Part shown: positions 37,380 through 47,222 of the stretch, in pieces
How positions within the stretch are numbered: position 1 is the first letter of the stretch
How the letters are laid out: each line of letters starts with the position of its first letter
DNA from: Candidatus Magasanikiibacteriota bacterium
Lineage (GTDB): Bacteria; Patescibacteriota; Patescibacteriia; Magasanikbacterales; GWA2-37-8
Assembly: GCA_041665405.1 (NCBI GenBank)
Contig: JBAYIZ010000005.1
Span: 2,513 to 66,512, forward strand
Reading direction: 5' to 3'
Length of the DNA: 64,000 nucleotides
The notes under the pieces: generated by a model
What the model was told of the DNA's origin: nothing
Databases searched by the model: none
The model's input: only the letters and a program-made list of their open reading frames with translations
Translations under genes and position numbers: made by a program

Positions 37380-37964
37380 CTATTTTATTTTCCGTAACGC
37401 CTCCTTGAACAATTGCTCTGTCTTCTTCCCTTTCACCTCAATTTTCTTTATCACCTCCCGCGCCTGCAAAGCAGTATATCCCAAAGTAATCAACCCTTCC
37501 ACCACATCATTCACAATCGCATTATCACTTTCCACATAATCCTTACCAGAATTTTTTTGTTCCTTCGCCAATTTTTCTCGCAACTCCACGATTATTCTCT
37601 CTGCAGTTTTTTTACCAATACCACTCACCTTGGTCAGATACTCCAAATCCCCTCGCCCAATCGCCAAAGCAGTTTCTTCTACACTTCCTAGAGACAACAA
37701 ATGCAACGCTGTCTTTGGACCAACACCCGAAACTGATACAAAATTTTTAAATAATTTTTTCTCCAAATCATTGGCAAACCCAAACAAATCTAGCACATCT
37801 TCACGCACCACCAAATAAGTATCCAAACTAACTTCATTGCCAACCTGGCACACCTTGGACGCCTCTGGACTTACCATCACGCGATAACCAACACCACCAG
37901 CGGTCATAATTACCACTTCCAATCCACTATTAATAACCACTTTCCCATTAATTAGAGCAATCAT
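37380..37964 (-). CDS. ruvA: Holliday junction branch migration protein RuvA
   Basis: 'GGVGY', 'VRED..LFGF', 'GVGPKTA', 'GIGKKTAERIIVEL'. Confidence 0.96.
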   Translation of the reverse strand: MIALINGKVVINSGLEVVIMTAGGVGYRVMVSPEASKVCQVGNEVSLDTYLVVREDVLDLFGFANDLEKKLFKNFVSVSGVGPKTALHLLSLGSVEETALAIGRGDLEYLTKVSGIGKKTAERIIVELREKLAKEQKNSGKDYVESDNAIVNDVVEGLITLGYTALQAREVIKKIEVKGKKTEQLFKEALRKIK

Positions 37965-38031
37965 ACAAAATATTATAACAACCTTATTTTAACATAAAAA
38001 AACCGCCCCGCAAAGGGCGATTTTAAATATT

Positions 38032-39003
38032 TTATTTTTTGCCTTTTTTCACCCGACTAACACGGATCAGGCCACTGCATGGTACAATTTCGATTCCTTT
38101 CTTTTCCAATTCATCCAAGAACAAATTCATACCAAGCGAGTCTGAAGAGATATGGCCGGCAATTACGATATTCATACTGTGTTCATTGGCCTTATTCATA
38201 GAATCATCACGCATATGCATACCAATAATAGTACTTACACCCGCTCGCGAGAGTGATTCGTAAACCTTACTGGACGGGTTGGTGCCACCAGTCATCTCAA
38301 TCAAAAATTTACCAACACGATTTCGTGGACTGCCACTGATAATTTTTGGGCCAACGCCACGATGTTTGGCTTCTTGATATTCCGGTATCTCCATTAAAGC
38401 TTCAACTACCTCTCCCAAAGTATCGGGATGTTTTTCTTCCAAATATGATTGAACAAATTTTAAAACTAAATTATCAGTAATAGTGTGAGTGTTAATTAAA
38501 TTTACTTTTAATATTTTGGCTAAATCGATCAGCTGATAATTATTTATTGGATGAGTACTACGTCCCACTTCTTTTATTCTTTCTTCCATTACTTTTTCTG
38601 CGATATGAATGGGCATACCCAACGACTCATATATATCTACAGTCATATCCATCACATCATGAAGGCCGGCCAGCGCTTTGCCTATTGGGTGGTGTCCGAT
38701 AACCAAATCAATAGTTTTACCTCGTTCATTTAGTTGTGATGCTAGCAATACTTCTCCACTGCCAATATCAATACCGGCCAAAACTCTTTTGACCTGAGTT
38801 TTTTCGTCTATGTTATGAATTAAACTGTCGGAATAAGGATTCTCTAACAAGGATTTGTCAAAATATTTTTTATCCTCTACTTTCAATTCTTCATAATCTC
38901 TTTTAATTCGATCCAAATACTTCTTTAAGATTTTTGGTCCACGGGGATCAGCCGCCATACCCAACTTTACGCCTGTTTCAAATACTTGTCTTACAGTCAA
39001 CAT
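38032..39003 (-). CDS. NIF3-like dinuclear metal-centre protein
   Basis: 'GHHP', 'HTITDN', 'GHISSDSLG'. Confidence 0.8.
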   Translation of the reverse strand: MLTVRQVFETGVKLGMAADPRGPKILKKYLDRIKRDYEELKVEDKKYFDKSLLENPYSDSLIHNIDEKTQVKRVLAGIDIGSGEVLLASQLNERGKTIDLVIGHHPIGKALAGLHDVMDMTVDIYESLGMPIHIAEKVMEERIKEVGRSTHPINNYQLIDLAKILKVNLINTHTITDNLVLKFVQSYLEEKHPDTLGEVVEALMEIPEYQEAKHRGVGPKIISGSPRNRVGKFLIEMTGGTNPSSKVYESLSRAGVSTIIGMHMRDDSMNKANEHSMNIVIAGHISSDSLGMNLFLDELEKKGIEIVPCSGLIRVSRVKKGKK

Positions 39004-39121
39004 ATATTAAAAAATTAATTGTAATATGGCTATCTTAACGAAAAACAACTGGATTGTCAACTAACCTATCATACTCAAATAGTATAAATTTCACATAACA
39101 CCAAAAGAGAGAAGATAAAAA

Positions 39122-40075
39122 TTAATTTAATCCTATGCTGTATATTTTATCAGCAGTAATATTCAAATTTTTATCAACGTACATATACTGATATTCACTA
39201 GAGAAATGCCACGACTCTTTCCAGCCATAGTCTCCTGTACCTATATCAAATATGCCTGATTCAATCTGTTTGGATTTCTCTATATTCTTTATTATTATAT
39301 ATTTCCATAGATTGGAAACACCGTCAGATGAAACCCCGAACAATCGACGTGAAAAATATTTTTTATAATTTAACGCTAAAGACACCCCTTGCTTCTTACC
39401 GTCTACCAAAAAAGTAAGAAATTCAACATTAACTTCATTCAAATGTACTAAATCTCTATATATTTCTTTTCTATATGGTTTAATAAACGTAGACTCGGAA
39501 CCATATTTCTTTAAATTAAAATCGAACAATAGGTCTAAATCTATCAAATTTGCTTCTACCACTTCCAAATTATTAGTTAAAATTTTTCTAAACTGACTCT
39601 TTAGATTATTTTTAGATTTCCTAGAAAAATATTTATCATAATATTCTTCTATATTGACAAACGAACTCAGATCTAAAAAAAACCTTTTATCCTGCTCAAT
39701 AAAATTCTGTTCCTTAAATCTGCTTAAATTTTTCGAACTTATGTTCGTCAAACAAAAATTTTTATCTAAATGTTGATAAAACAAATCCTCAAATTCGAGA
39801 TAATTTTCATCAATAAAAACGTGATTGCATTCCATGTTAATACCCCCGAAAAATTGCAGCATCTTCTTGTCTTTATCAAATTGGAGCGGCAACAAACCAA
39901 TTGGCTTTTTGTCCAAAAAACCAACCAAGAAACGCAACTCTGTATTAAAATATTTAAAATGAATATACCTAAAATCCCAAAAATCATAGATTGTTTGCGC
40001 GGGAGAAAAAATATTCCACCATTTTTTTGCCTCTTCCAAATCATTCACTTCCAGAATTTCAAAACCATTATTCAT
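39122..40075 (-). CDS. GNAT-fold (FemAB/CelD-BcsL-like) acyltransferase
   Basis: 'GLLPL', 'SRKSKNNLK', 'FDIGTGDYGWKESW'. Confidence 0.7.
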   Translation of the reverse strand: MNNGFEILEVNDLEEAKKWWNIFSPAQTIYDFWDFRYIHFKYFNTELRFLVGFLDKKPIGLLPLQFDKDKKMLQFFGGINMECNHVFIDENYLEFEDLFYQHLDKNFCLTNISSKNLSRFKEQNFIEQDKRFFLDLSSFVNIEEYYDKYFSRKSKNNLKSQFRKILTNNLEVVEANLIDLDLLFDFNLKKYGSESTFIKPYRKEIYRDLVHLNEVNVEFLTFLVDGKKQGVSLALNYKKYFSRRLFGVSSDGVSNLWKYIIIKNIEKSKQIESGIFDIGTGDYGWKESWHFSSEYQYMYVDKNLNITADKIYSIGLN

Positions 40076-40083
40076 AATTTATA

Positions 40084-42483
40084 TTAATACAGCGGATTCT
40101 TTTTTGATTTATATCTTTTTATTGATAGACTTAATATTTCTTCCAACAAATCCCCAAAACTCAAACCTGTTAATTTGGCCGCCTTTACAAAATCTGAATT
40201 CATATTCAAAGGTGGGTTGGTGTCTATCTCCAATATATATGGATTGCCGTCCTTGTCTACTCTAAAACCTACCCGTCCGTAATCACGACACTTCATAATT
40301 TGGTAAACATCAAGTGCAATTTCCGTAAGTAATGACTCTAGTTTGGGGTTGATATTTTTGGCAGGGCTTTGTAAAACAATTTTTTTGTAAGCAGAATTAC
40401 CATATTGTTTGGCCTCGTGAGCATAGATATGCCAGTAACCTTTAGGCATTTTTTTGAAAACCGAACGAGAGATTGGCAGTACTCGTAAATCATCACCACT
40501 ATTACCAATAATAGAAACATCATATTCATCTCCTTCAACATATTCTTCTACTATTACCGGTCTTCCCAAATCATCGATAATTCTTTTCATTTGTTTATCC
40601 AATTCTTTTTTGTTTGTCACCACTGAACTATTGGTGATACCAAAAGAATTATCAGAATTTCCTGGCTTGACCACGAGTGGATATACAAGATCTTTATTAA
40701 TAACATCACTAGTATTAAAGGCATAGTCCCAGGCTGACATCGGGATATTATGAAAATTCAGTAATTTTTTAGTTTTTATTTTATCCTGACAAAAGGCCGC
40801 AGTGAATGAGCTTGACCCAGTAAAAGGAATTTGCAACGACTCCAGTATAGCCGCCGCTTGTGATTTCAGTTGTTCATTATTATTAATTCCCTCAGCTACA
40901 TTAAACACCAAATTGACGTCGCTATCCTTGAGATACATGAAAGCGCGTTCAAAATTGTTGAAATTGAATGTGGTTGTCAAATAACCACGTTTTTTTAATT
41001 CATCTTCTATAAATTTTACGGTTTCTATTGTATCGTCAGAATCATGATTAAAATGAGTTTTGTTTCCCACAATTCCGATATGCAATCTACGTTGATCAGA
41101 AATAGATATCCGACGGACTTTTTCAATCTTCGCGGCCTGAATAATAAAATCTTTTTTAACTGTCGCGGCAGATAACCGACTCTGACGTGAAGTTTTGCCC
41201 AGCACTGAATCCTGATCAAAATGAACTACTTTATAATTTATCAATCTCAAAACTTCCTGCAAATTATCCTGAGCATCAATACCGTTATCTCCCGTTACTG
41301 TCACCCAACCTAAACTATCATATCCTTCTGGTGGACGCAAAATAGCATCACCAATTTCTTTGGATAAATACATTTCTTCAAAAAATTTCAGCGATTTTAA
41401 TTTGGGAGATACTTCCAATTCTACCAAAATACCAGATGATTCTGGTTGCATATCCCAGCCAATAATATATTTGTATGGTCGGTCTGGTTTTTCTATTTTT
41501 ATAAAATTTCCCAGCGAAATATTCACCGACTGCTCTACCAAATCTACATGCCAGGCAGTTTTGAGATAAGAATAAACATAATCTCCACCCATGCGCATAT
41601 TTACCTCAATCGGACAGGGCCCTTTTGGAGATGATTTGGCTTCAAAGTGAATACAAGCATTTTGGATGCCCAGTTTTTCCAAAGTTTCTTCAGCCATTTT
41701 TATCAGATCATCTTGTTCTTTGTTTGGTAAATTAGACGGAATGGCTTGCCCACTATCCACAAAGAAACGACTGTGGCTCTTATTAAAATTATCAGAAACG
41801 GAATAAAATTTTATCTTTCCATTTTGTACCAAAATATCCATATCTACTTCTTCTCCATCAATATATTCTTCCACCAACAAATCAAAATTCTCCCATTCCG
41901 AAGCCAACCAAAATGATTTTATATTATTTTTAATATAATCATATGTTTCCATCAACTCAGCGCGATTATTGACGCGCACCACATAAGCACTACAGGCGCC
42001 ATATATTGGTTTCACTACCAGTGGATATTTCAATTCTTTTTCCAGAGCGTGTATTTCATTTTTACTGCGTAACAATTTGTGTTTTGGCGCCAAAATTCCA
42101 TTGACTGAACAAAAATCACGAAAGGTATATTTGTTTTTTACTTTCTTGGCGATGTCATAAGGAATACCAATCAGATTCAAAGATTCTGCTACATGAGCAG
42201 TCAATAATACCGCCTCATCCCAAAAAGTAACCGCGCCTTGTACTGACATATCAGGATGTTCACGATTATATTTTTTTACGGCCTCAATACATTCCTTATG
42301 ATTTTGCAAATCAGCCAAAACCCATTTGTCGACATATGGTATTGCCCAATCAGCTTTCTCTTTACTCAAACACACCAGATGAAGTCCCATTTTTTTTATT
42401 TTTTGTAAAACAAATTTCTTTGATGGGCTCATTGCATGTACTAACAATATTGTCTGTTGATGTTTATTTTTTCTCAACCGCAT
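40084..42483 (-). CDS. double ATP-grasp protein (amino-acid-ligase-like domain plus D-Ala-D-Ala-ligase-like domain)
   Basis: Two sets of 'YPLVVKP' and 'VEEY(I/V).G.E'; 'IEVNMRMGG'; Ddl-like 'PFTGS', 'DKIKTK', 'CRDYGRV'. Confidence 0.85.
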   Translation of the reverse strand: MRLRKNKHQQTILLVHAMSPSKKFVLQKIKKMGLHLVCLSKEKADWAIPYVDKWVLADLQNHKECIEAVKKYNREHPDMSVQGAVTFWDEAVLLTAHVAESLNLIGIPYDIAKKVKNKYTFRDFCSVNGILAPKHKLLRSKNEIHALEKELKYPLVVKPIYGACSAYVVRVNNRAELMETYDYIKNNIKSFWLASEWENFDLLVEEYIDGEEVDMDILVQNGKIKFYSVSDNFNKSHSRFFVDSGQAIPSNLPNKEQDDLIKMAEETLEKLGIQNACIHFEAKSSPKGPCPIEVNMRMGGDYVYSYLKTAWHVDLVEQSVNISLGNFIKIEKPDRPYKYIIGWDMQPESSGILVELEVSPKLKSLKFFEEMYLSKEIGDAILRPPEGYDSLGWVTVTGDNGIDAQDNLQEVLRLINYKVVHFDQDSVLGKTSRQSRLSAATVKKDFIIQAAKIEKVRRISISDQRRLHIGIVGNKTHFNHDSDDTIETVKFIEDELKKRGYLTTTFNFNNFERAFMYLKDSDVNLVFNVAEGINNNEQLKSQAAAILESLQIPFTGSSSFTAAFCQDKIKTKKLLNFHNIPMSAWDYAFNTSDVINKDLVYPLVVKPGNSDNSFGITNSSVVTNKKELDKQMKRIIDDLGRPVIVEEYVEGDEYDVSIIGNSGDDLRVLPISRSVFKKMPKGYWHIYAHEAKQYGNSAYKKIVLQSPAKNINPKLESLLTEIALDVYQIMKCRDYGRVGFRVDKDGNPYILEIDTNPPLNMNSDFVKAAKLTGLSFGDLLEEILSLSIKRYKSKKNPLY

Positions 42484-42638
42484 ATTTTATAATTGAATAT
42501 AAAAATAACACAAAAATTAGGTCTTTGTGTTATTGATAAAAATTAAAGTTTTTATAGTTGGATACGGATCTTCAATAGAAGAACAGACCATATTTATTTA
42601 TTTGAACTCCAATAGTATACCCAACTATGAGCCAAATG

Positions 42639-45581
42639 TCAATTGGCCTTTACTATGGCCAAACCACATTTTTTTCCATCTACTTCAATCAATACTTCAA
42701 TATTGGCTGTTTTTTCTATCGAATCAGCCAAAACCGATACCTTGATTTGAGCTTTATACTCCTCAAAAATACCACCCAAAACTGCGTCTTCGGTGTCATA
42801 TTTTACCGCTATTTTGTCATTGATGGTTAGCCCTTGTTCCTTACGCATCTGATTGATAGTGCGCACGATTTCACGAACCAAACCTTCTTTTTTTAGTTCA
42901 TCATCTATTTTAATATTCAACCACACTTTCAATTTGCCCTCTTCTTTACTTACCCATTCTGGACTGTCTGAAACAAATTCGCTATACGCTATTTTTTTTA
43001 CATTCAATTCATCCGCCAAAATTCCCAACAAACCATGCGACAAATGTTCGCTGTTCATCATCAATTCGGCCAACGGCTGACGCACTTTTATTTTATTTTC
43101 CGCGCGCAAAGATAACCCCAACTCAACCATCTCGCGAATCTCAACCATTTCTTCTAATATTTTTCTCTCATGCACATTTTCTTCTGGCGCTACTGGCCAT
43201 TCTTCAAGATGCACACTCATGCCTAGAGTTTTTTCTGTATTAACTTCCAAAAATATTCTCTCGGCAATAAATGGAGTAAATGGCGCCATTACTTTGGACA
43301 AAGTTAATAATATTTCTCGTAAAGTGGCAACGGCATATTGTTTATCTTCCTCATCATCACCTTTAAAACGGTCACGACTACGACGGACATACCATGTAGA
43401 TAGATCGTCAATAAAATCCTTGATAGGACGACCAGCTTGGACAGTGTCGTAATTATCCATATTCTCAGTAACTTCTTTTATCAACATATTCATGCGCACA
43501 ATAATCCATTTATCCAAAATATTTTCACTCTCCTCTTCACTTGAAATACCACTGTTGGCATACATCTTATAAAATTCAACAACATTCCACAAAATATTTA
43601 TTACCTTATTATAATTTTCTTTTACTTCGCGCTCATTGAACAACAAATCATCAGCTTGCATCACCGCACTGGTCATCAAATAATAACGCATGGCATCCAC
43701 ACCATACTTTTCAATCATAATCCATGGATCTGGGTAATTTTGTTTTGATTTGGATAATTTTTCGCCTTTTTCATTCAAAATATTTCCAGTGGTTACACAA
43801 TTCTTAAAACTGACATCATCAAACAATAACACCGACATCGCATGCATATAATAAAACCAAGCACGAGTTTGAGCAATATATTCAGCAATATATTGTCCTG
43901 GGAAACGCGCTTTAAACACCTCTTTATTTTCAAACGGATAATGAAATTCGGCAAACGGCATGGAGGCGGATTCTACCCAACAATCTATCACCTCAGGAAT
44001 ACGAGTCATTTCACTTTTACATTTTTCACAATGCAGTTTTATTTTATCCATTTTATCTTTGTGTAAATCTATGTCTTCTACTTTATCTGTTTTGTATACC
44101 TCACCAAAATTAGAAGCTTTGGTTTTTAATTCAGATACACTCCCAATACATTCTATATGGGTGCACTCCAAATTATTACATTTCCAAAATGGCAAAGGTG
44201 TCGCCCAATAACGATTGCGTGAGATATTCCAGTCCGGCGCAGTTTCCAAAATATTTAAAAATCGGCCGTGTTTAAGATGTTCTGGATACCAGTTTATTTT
44301 TTCATTCAATTCAATTAAACGCGGTTTTATTTTTTGAATATCTATAAACCATGCCGAAATGGCATTGTAAAATAATTGTGTCTCACAGCGCCAACAATGT
44401 GGATATGAATGTGTGTGATTTTTCTTTTCAAAAATCAAATCGCGATTGTCCAAATCTTCTTTGATCGCTTTTTCCGCCTTTTTAAAATATTGACCGCGAA
44501 TTAATTCTGGCGCGTCATTATTGAAATGACCTTTTTCATCCAATAGTGGCACCATTGGTAAATCAATTTTTACACCGAGATTATAATCGTCTTCACCATA
44601 AATTACAGCGGTGTGCACAATACCGGTTCCCTCTTCGGTGGTCACAAAATCCGCGGCGGTGACATACCACGCTTTTTTACCTGAATCTTTTACAGCTGGG
44701 ATATCAAAAAGTGGTTCATATTCTATATCAACCAAATCTGCACCATTAATTTCTTTCTCTATTTTATACTCTTTATCTTTAAAAACCTCTCCAATTCTAT
44801 CCTTAGCTAAAATATATTTTTGATTTTCAAATCCAACTACCACATATTCAATTTTCTCCCCCACCGCCAACGCTACATTCCCCGGCAATGTCCATGGTGT
44901 AGTTGTCCAGGCTAAAATATATATGTTTTCCGGTAGTTTGTATTTTTTTGAATTTTTTATTTTAAATTTAACAATCGCAGTTTCTTCTGTAATGTCTTTA
45001 TAACTATTATCCATTGCAATTTCCGCCTTGGATACTGGCGTCTCACAACGCGGACAATACATCAAAACCTTACGACCTTCATAAATCAAACCTTTGTCCC
45101 AAATAGTTTTCAAAGACCACCAAACAGATTCCATATAAGTAGAGTCCATGGTCTTATAAGAATTATCAAACTCCACCCAACGACCAATTCTGTCCACCAT
45201 CTTTTTCCATTCTTGCACATACATCAAAACCTTGGAACGGCAAGTTTCGTTGAACTTGGCCACACCCATTTTTTCTTCAATATCTTTTTTACCAGACACT
45301 TTTAATTCTTTTTCCACAATATTTTCAATCGGCATACCATGACAATCCCAACCCCAACGACGACGCACACGATAACCCTTCATCGTCCAATATCTTGGTA
45401 CTACATCTTTGATAACCGAACTCAAAATATGCCCATAATGAGGCAAACCGGTGGCAAAAGGCGGACCATCATAAAAAACATACGGCTTGCTCTCTGGCCT
45501 TTGTTCGACTGATTTTTCAAAAGATTTATTATTCTCCCAATACTTTAATATTTCTTGCTCGTTTTGTTCTGAATTGTACAT
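42639..45581 (-). CDS. ileS: isoleucine--tRNA ligase (type 2)
   Basis: 'DGPPFATGLPHYGH', 'WTTTPWTLP', 'ISRNRYW', 'KLSKS'. Confidence 0.96.
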   Translation of the reverse strand: MYNSEQNEQEILKYWENNKSFEKSVEQRPESKPYVFYDGPPFATGLPHYGHILSSVIKDVVPRYWTMKGYRVRRRWGWDCHGMPIENIVEKELKVSGKKDIEEKMGVAKFNETCRSKVLMYVQEWKKMVDRIGRWVEFDNSYKTMDSTYMESVWWSLKTIWDKGLIYEGRKVLMYCPRCETPVSKAEIAMDNSYKDITEETAIVKFKIKNSKKYKLPENIYILAWTTTPWTLPGNVALAVGEKIEYVVVGFENQKYILAKDRIGEVFKDKEYKIEKEINGADLVDIEYEPLFDIPAVKDSGKKAWYVTAADFVTTEEGTGIVHTAVIYGEDDYNLGVKIDLPMVPLLDEKGHFNNDAPELIRGQYFKKAEKAIKEDLDNRDLIFEKKNHTHSYPHCWRCETQLFYNAISAWFIDIQKIKPRLIELNEKINWYPEHLKHGRFLNILETAPDWNISRNRYWATPLPFWKCNNLECTHIECIGSVSELKTKASNFGEVYKTDKVEDIDLHKDKMDKIKLHCEKCKSEMTRIPEVIDCWVESASMPFAEFHYPFENKEVFKARFPGQYIAEYIAQTRAWFYYMHAMSVLLFDDVSFKNCVTTGNILNEKGEKLSKSKQNYPDPWIMIEKYGVDAMRYYLMTSAVMQADDLLFNEREVKENYNKVINILWNVVEFYKMYANSGISSEEESENILDKWIIVRMNMLIKEVTENMDNYDTVQAGRPIKDFIDDLSTWYVRRSRDRFKGDDEEDKQYAVATLREILLTLSKVMAPFTPFIAERIFLEVNTEKTLGMSVHLEEWPVAPEENVHERKILEEMVEIREMVELGLSLRAENKIKVRQPLAELMMNSEHLSHGLLGILADELNVKKIAYSEFVSDSPEWVSKEEGKLKVWLNIKIDDELKKEGLVREIVRTINQMRKEQGLTINDKIAVKYDTEDAVLGGIFEEYKAQIKVSVLADSIEKTANIEVLIEVDGKKCGLAIVKAN

Positions 45582-45594
45582 AGTAAAAAATTAA

Positions 45595-45762
45595 TAAAAA
45601 AAACACGATCATTTCGTGCCAAGAGCCACCGACTGAGTCGGGGCGGTACCATCTTGAGCTTTTACTTAATTGGGCTATAACGGGCCACCCGGAAAGATCT
45701 ACTTTTTGCTAAAATAAGCAAATTTCTACTTTCAGCTCCCCGGTGATAGCCGGGTTGAATGC
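45595..45762 (-). promoter_or_regulatory. T-box riboswitch (Ile, AUC specifier; ultrashort stem I type)
   Basis: CCCGGCU-AUC-ACCGGGGAGC; AGUA box; CGGGUGGCCCGUUAUAGCCC; AAGA-UGGUACC-GC antiterminator. Confidence 0.88.
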
Positions 45763-45930
45763 TTTTATTTACAGAATAATTATATAAAAATAAACGAAAA
45801 AAGTCAAATAAACTAAAAGAACATCAACTAGTGATGTTCTTTTAGAGACGGGCGACTAATTCAAGTCGCCCTTCCCCCCTTTGGTGGGCCGCGTCCAACC
45901 TTGTGGTTCGAACGTGGCCACGTTGACTAT

Positions 45931-46620
45931 CTACGCCCGCATCTCCTGCAGGCGCTTCTCGATCTCGGCCAGACGGACGCGAATCGTCTGGTAATGAGAA
46001 CGCAACTTCTCCATGGTGATGTCGAGCTCTCGAATGACCCCTCGCTCGATCTCAACTTCGGCAGGCGTGATGATCGGGGTCTTCCTCCGCCGCCATTCGC
46101 CATCTTCCAACAACCTGTCGTTCAAGGCAAGCTGGAGACGATAGGCGGCGGCCTCGGTTCGGACATATCGTGGCTCTAGGGCATGCATCTCGTCGACGAG
46201 ATTGCACGCCTCAGCGATCAGTTCGTCCTCTTCGACCGACACGACGTCAGCTTCGTCGGCTACGCGTTCGACTTCGACGTCTGGTGAGTGCTCCGACTTC
46301 TGTTCGACAGTCTCTTCTGCCTTCTTCAGTTGCTGGAAAAACTCCTCCGCCCTCAGCCCTGGTGGAACTATCAGGTGGAACGATGCCCGAGAGTTCCGGT
46401 CAGTGGAAGCCTGAACCCAAACCAAGACAGCTGTGGGTCCTTCTGCCATTCTGATGCTGATGCCAGGCGAAGGTGCCGGTCTGATCTTGGTGACAAACCG
46501 AGCCCTGAACACACCCTCAAACCCGGCGCGTTCAAGAAGACTCGCCATCGCCTTGGCCGATTCAGCAATCCATTGGCCGTTGCCTGCTGGCCTCTTGATT
46601 TCCACTCGAACCTTGCACAT
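45931..46620 (-). CDS. GC-rich hypothetical protein with coiled-coil C-terminus
   Basis: ATG at 46620 with AGGAGG SD; TTGACA-N17 promoter upstream; GC-rich codons. Confidence 0.72.
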   Translation of the reverse strand: MCKVRVEIKRPAGNGQWIAESAKAMASLLERAGFEGVFRARFVTKIRPAPSPGISIRMAEGPTAVLVWVQASTDRNSRASFHLIVPPGLRAEEFFQQLKKAEETVEQKSEHSPDVEVERVADEADVVSVEEDELIAEACNLVDEMHALEPRYVRTEAAAYRLQLALNDRLLEDGEWRRRKTPIITPAEVEIERGVIRELDITMEKLRSHYQTIRVRLAEIEKRLQEMRA

Positions 46621-46774
46621 GTTGCCTCCTGCAACGTTGCGTACAGACACCCCAAACGACGACCTCCGCCGAAGGGACATTAGAACCTACATTAAAAATG
46701 GGGTTTTGTCAATACTCAGTTTGCCTATCTAAGCCAAAAAAGGTATAATAATATTGCTTAAAATTTATTACTTT

Positions 46775-47218
46775 ATGTTATACATTGCTAGTGATCATCG
46801 CGGTTTTCAGTTAAAAAAACATCTTCTCACTTTTATCAAAACCCAACTCGGTAAAAAAATTACTGATCTTGGCCCAAAAAAATATGACAAGGAAGATGAC
46901 TACACAAAATTTTCTATTTTGTTAACTCAAAAAGTAGTTTCAAAAAAAGACAACCTCGGAATTTTGATTTGTGGTACTGCCCACGGTGTTTGTATGGTAG
47001 CAAATAAAATAAAAGGTGGACGTGCTATCGTCGGCTATAGTATCGAGGGCGCCGAAAGAGGTCGCCAACACGAAGACGCCAACATACTTTGTTTAGCTGC
47101 CGATTATCTCTCCAACGAACATGCCAATGCAATAGTAAAAAAATTTTTAGAAACAAAATTTGATGGGCTAGAACGACGTATCCGTCGCAATAAAATCATG
47201 GCTGATTTAGAAAAATAA
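46775..47218 (+). CDS. rpiB: ribose-5-phosphate isomerase B
   Basis: 'ASDHRG', 'ICGT', 'ANKIKG', 'ANILCL'. Confidence 0.92.
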   Translation: MLYIASDHRGFQLKKHLLTFIKTQLGKKITDLGPKKYDKEDDYTKFSILLTQKVVSKKDNLGILICGTAHGVCMVANKIKGGRAIVGYSIEGAERGRQHEDANILCLAADYLSNEHANAIVKKFLETKFDGLERRIRRNKIMADLEK

Positions 47219-47222
47219 TATT

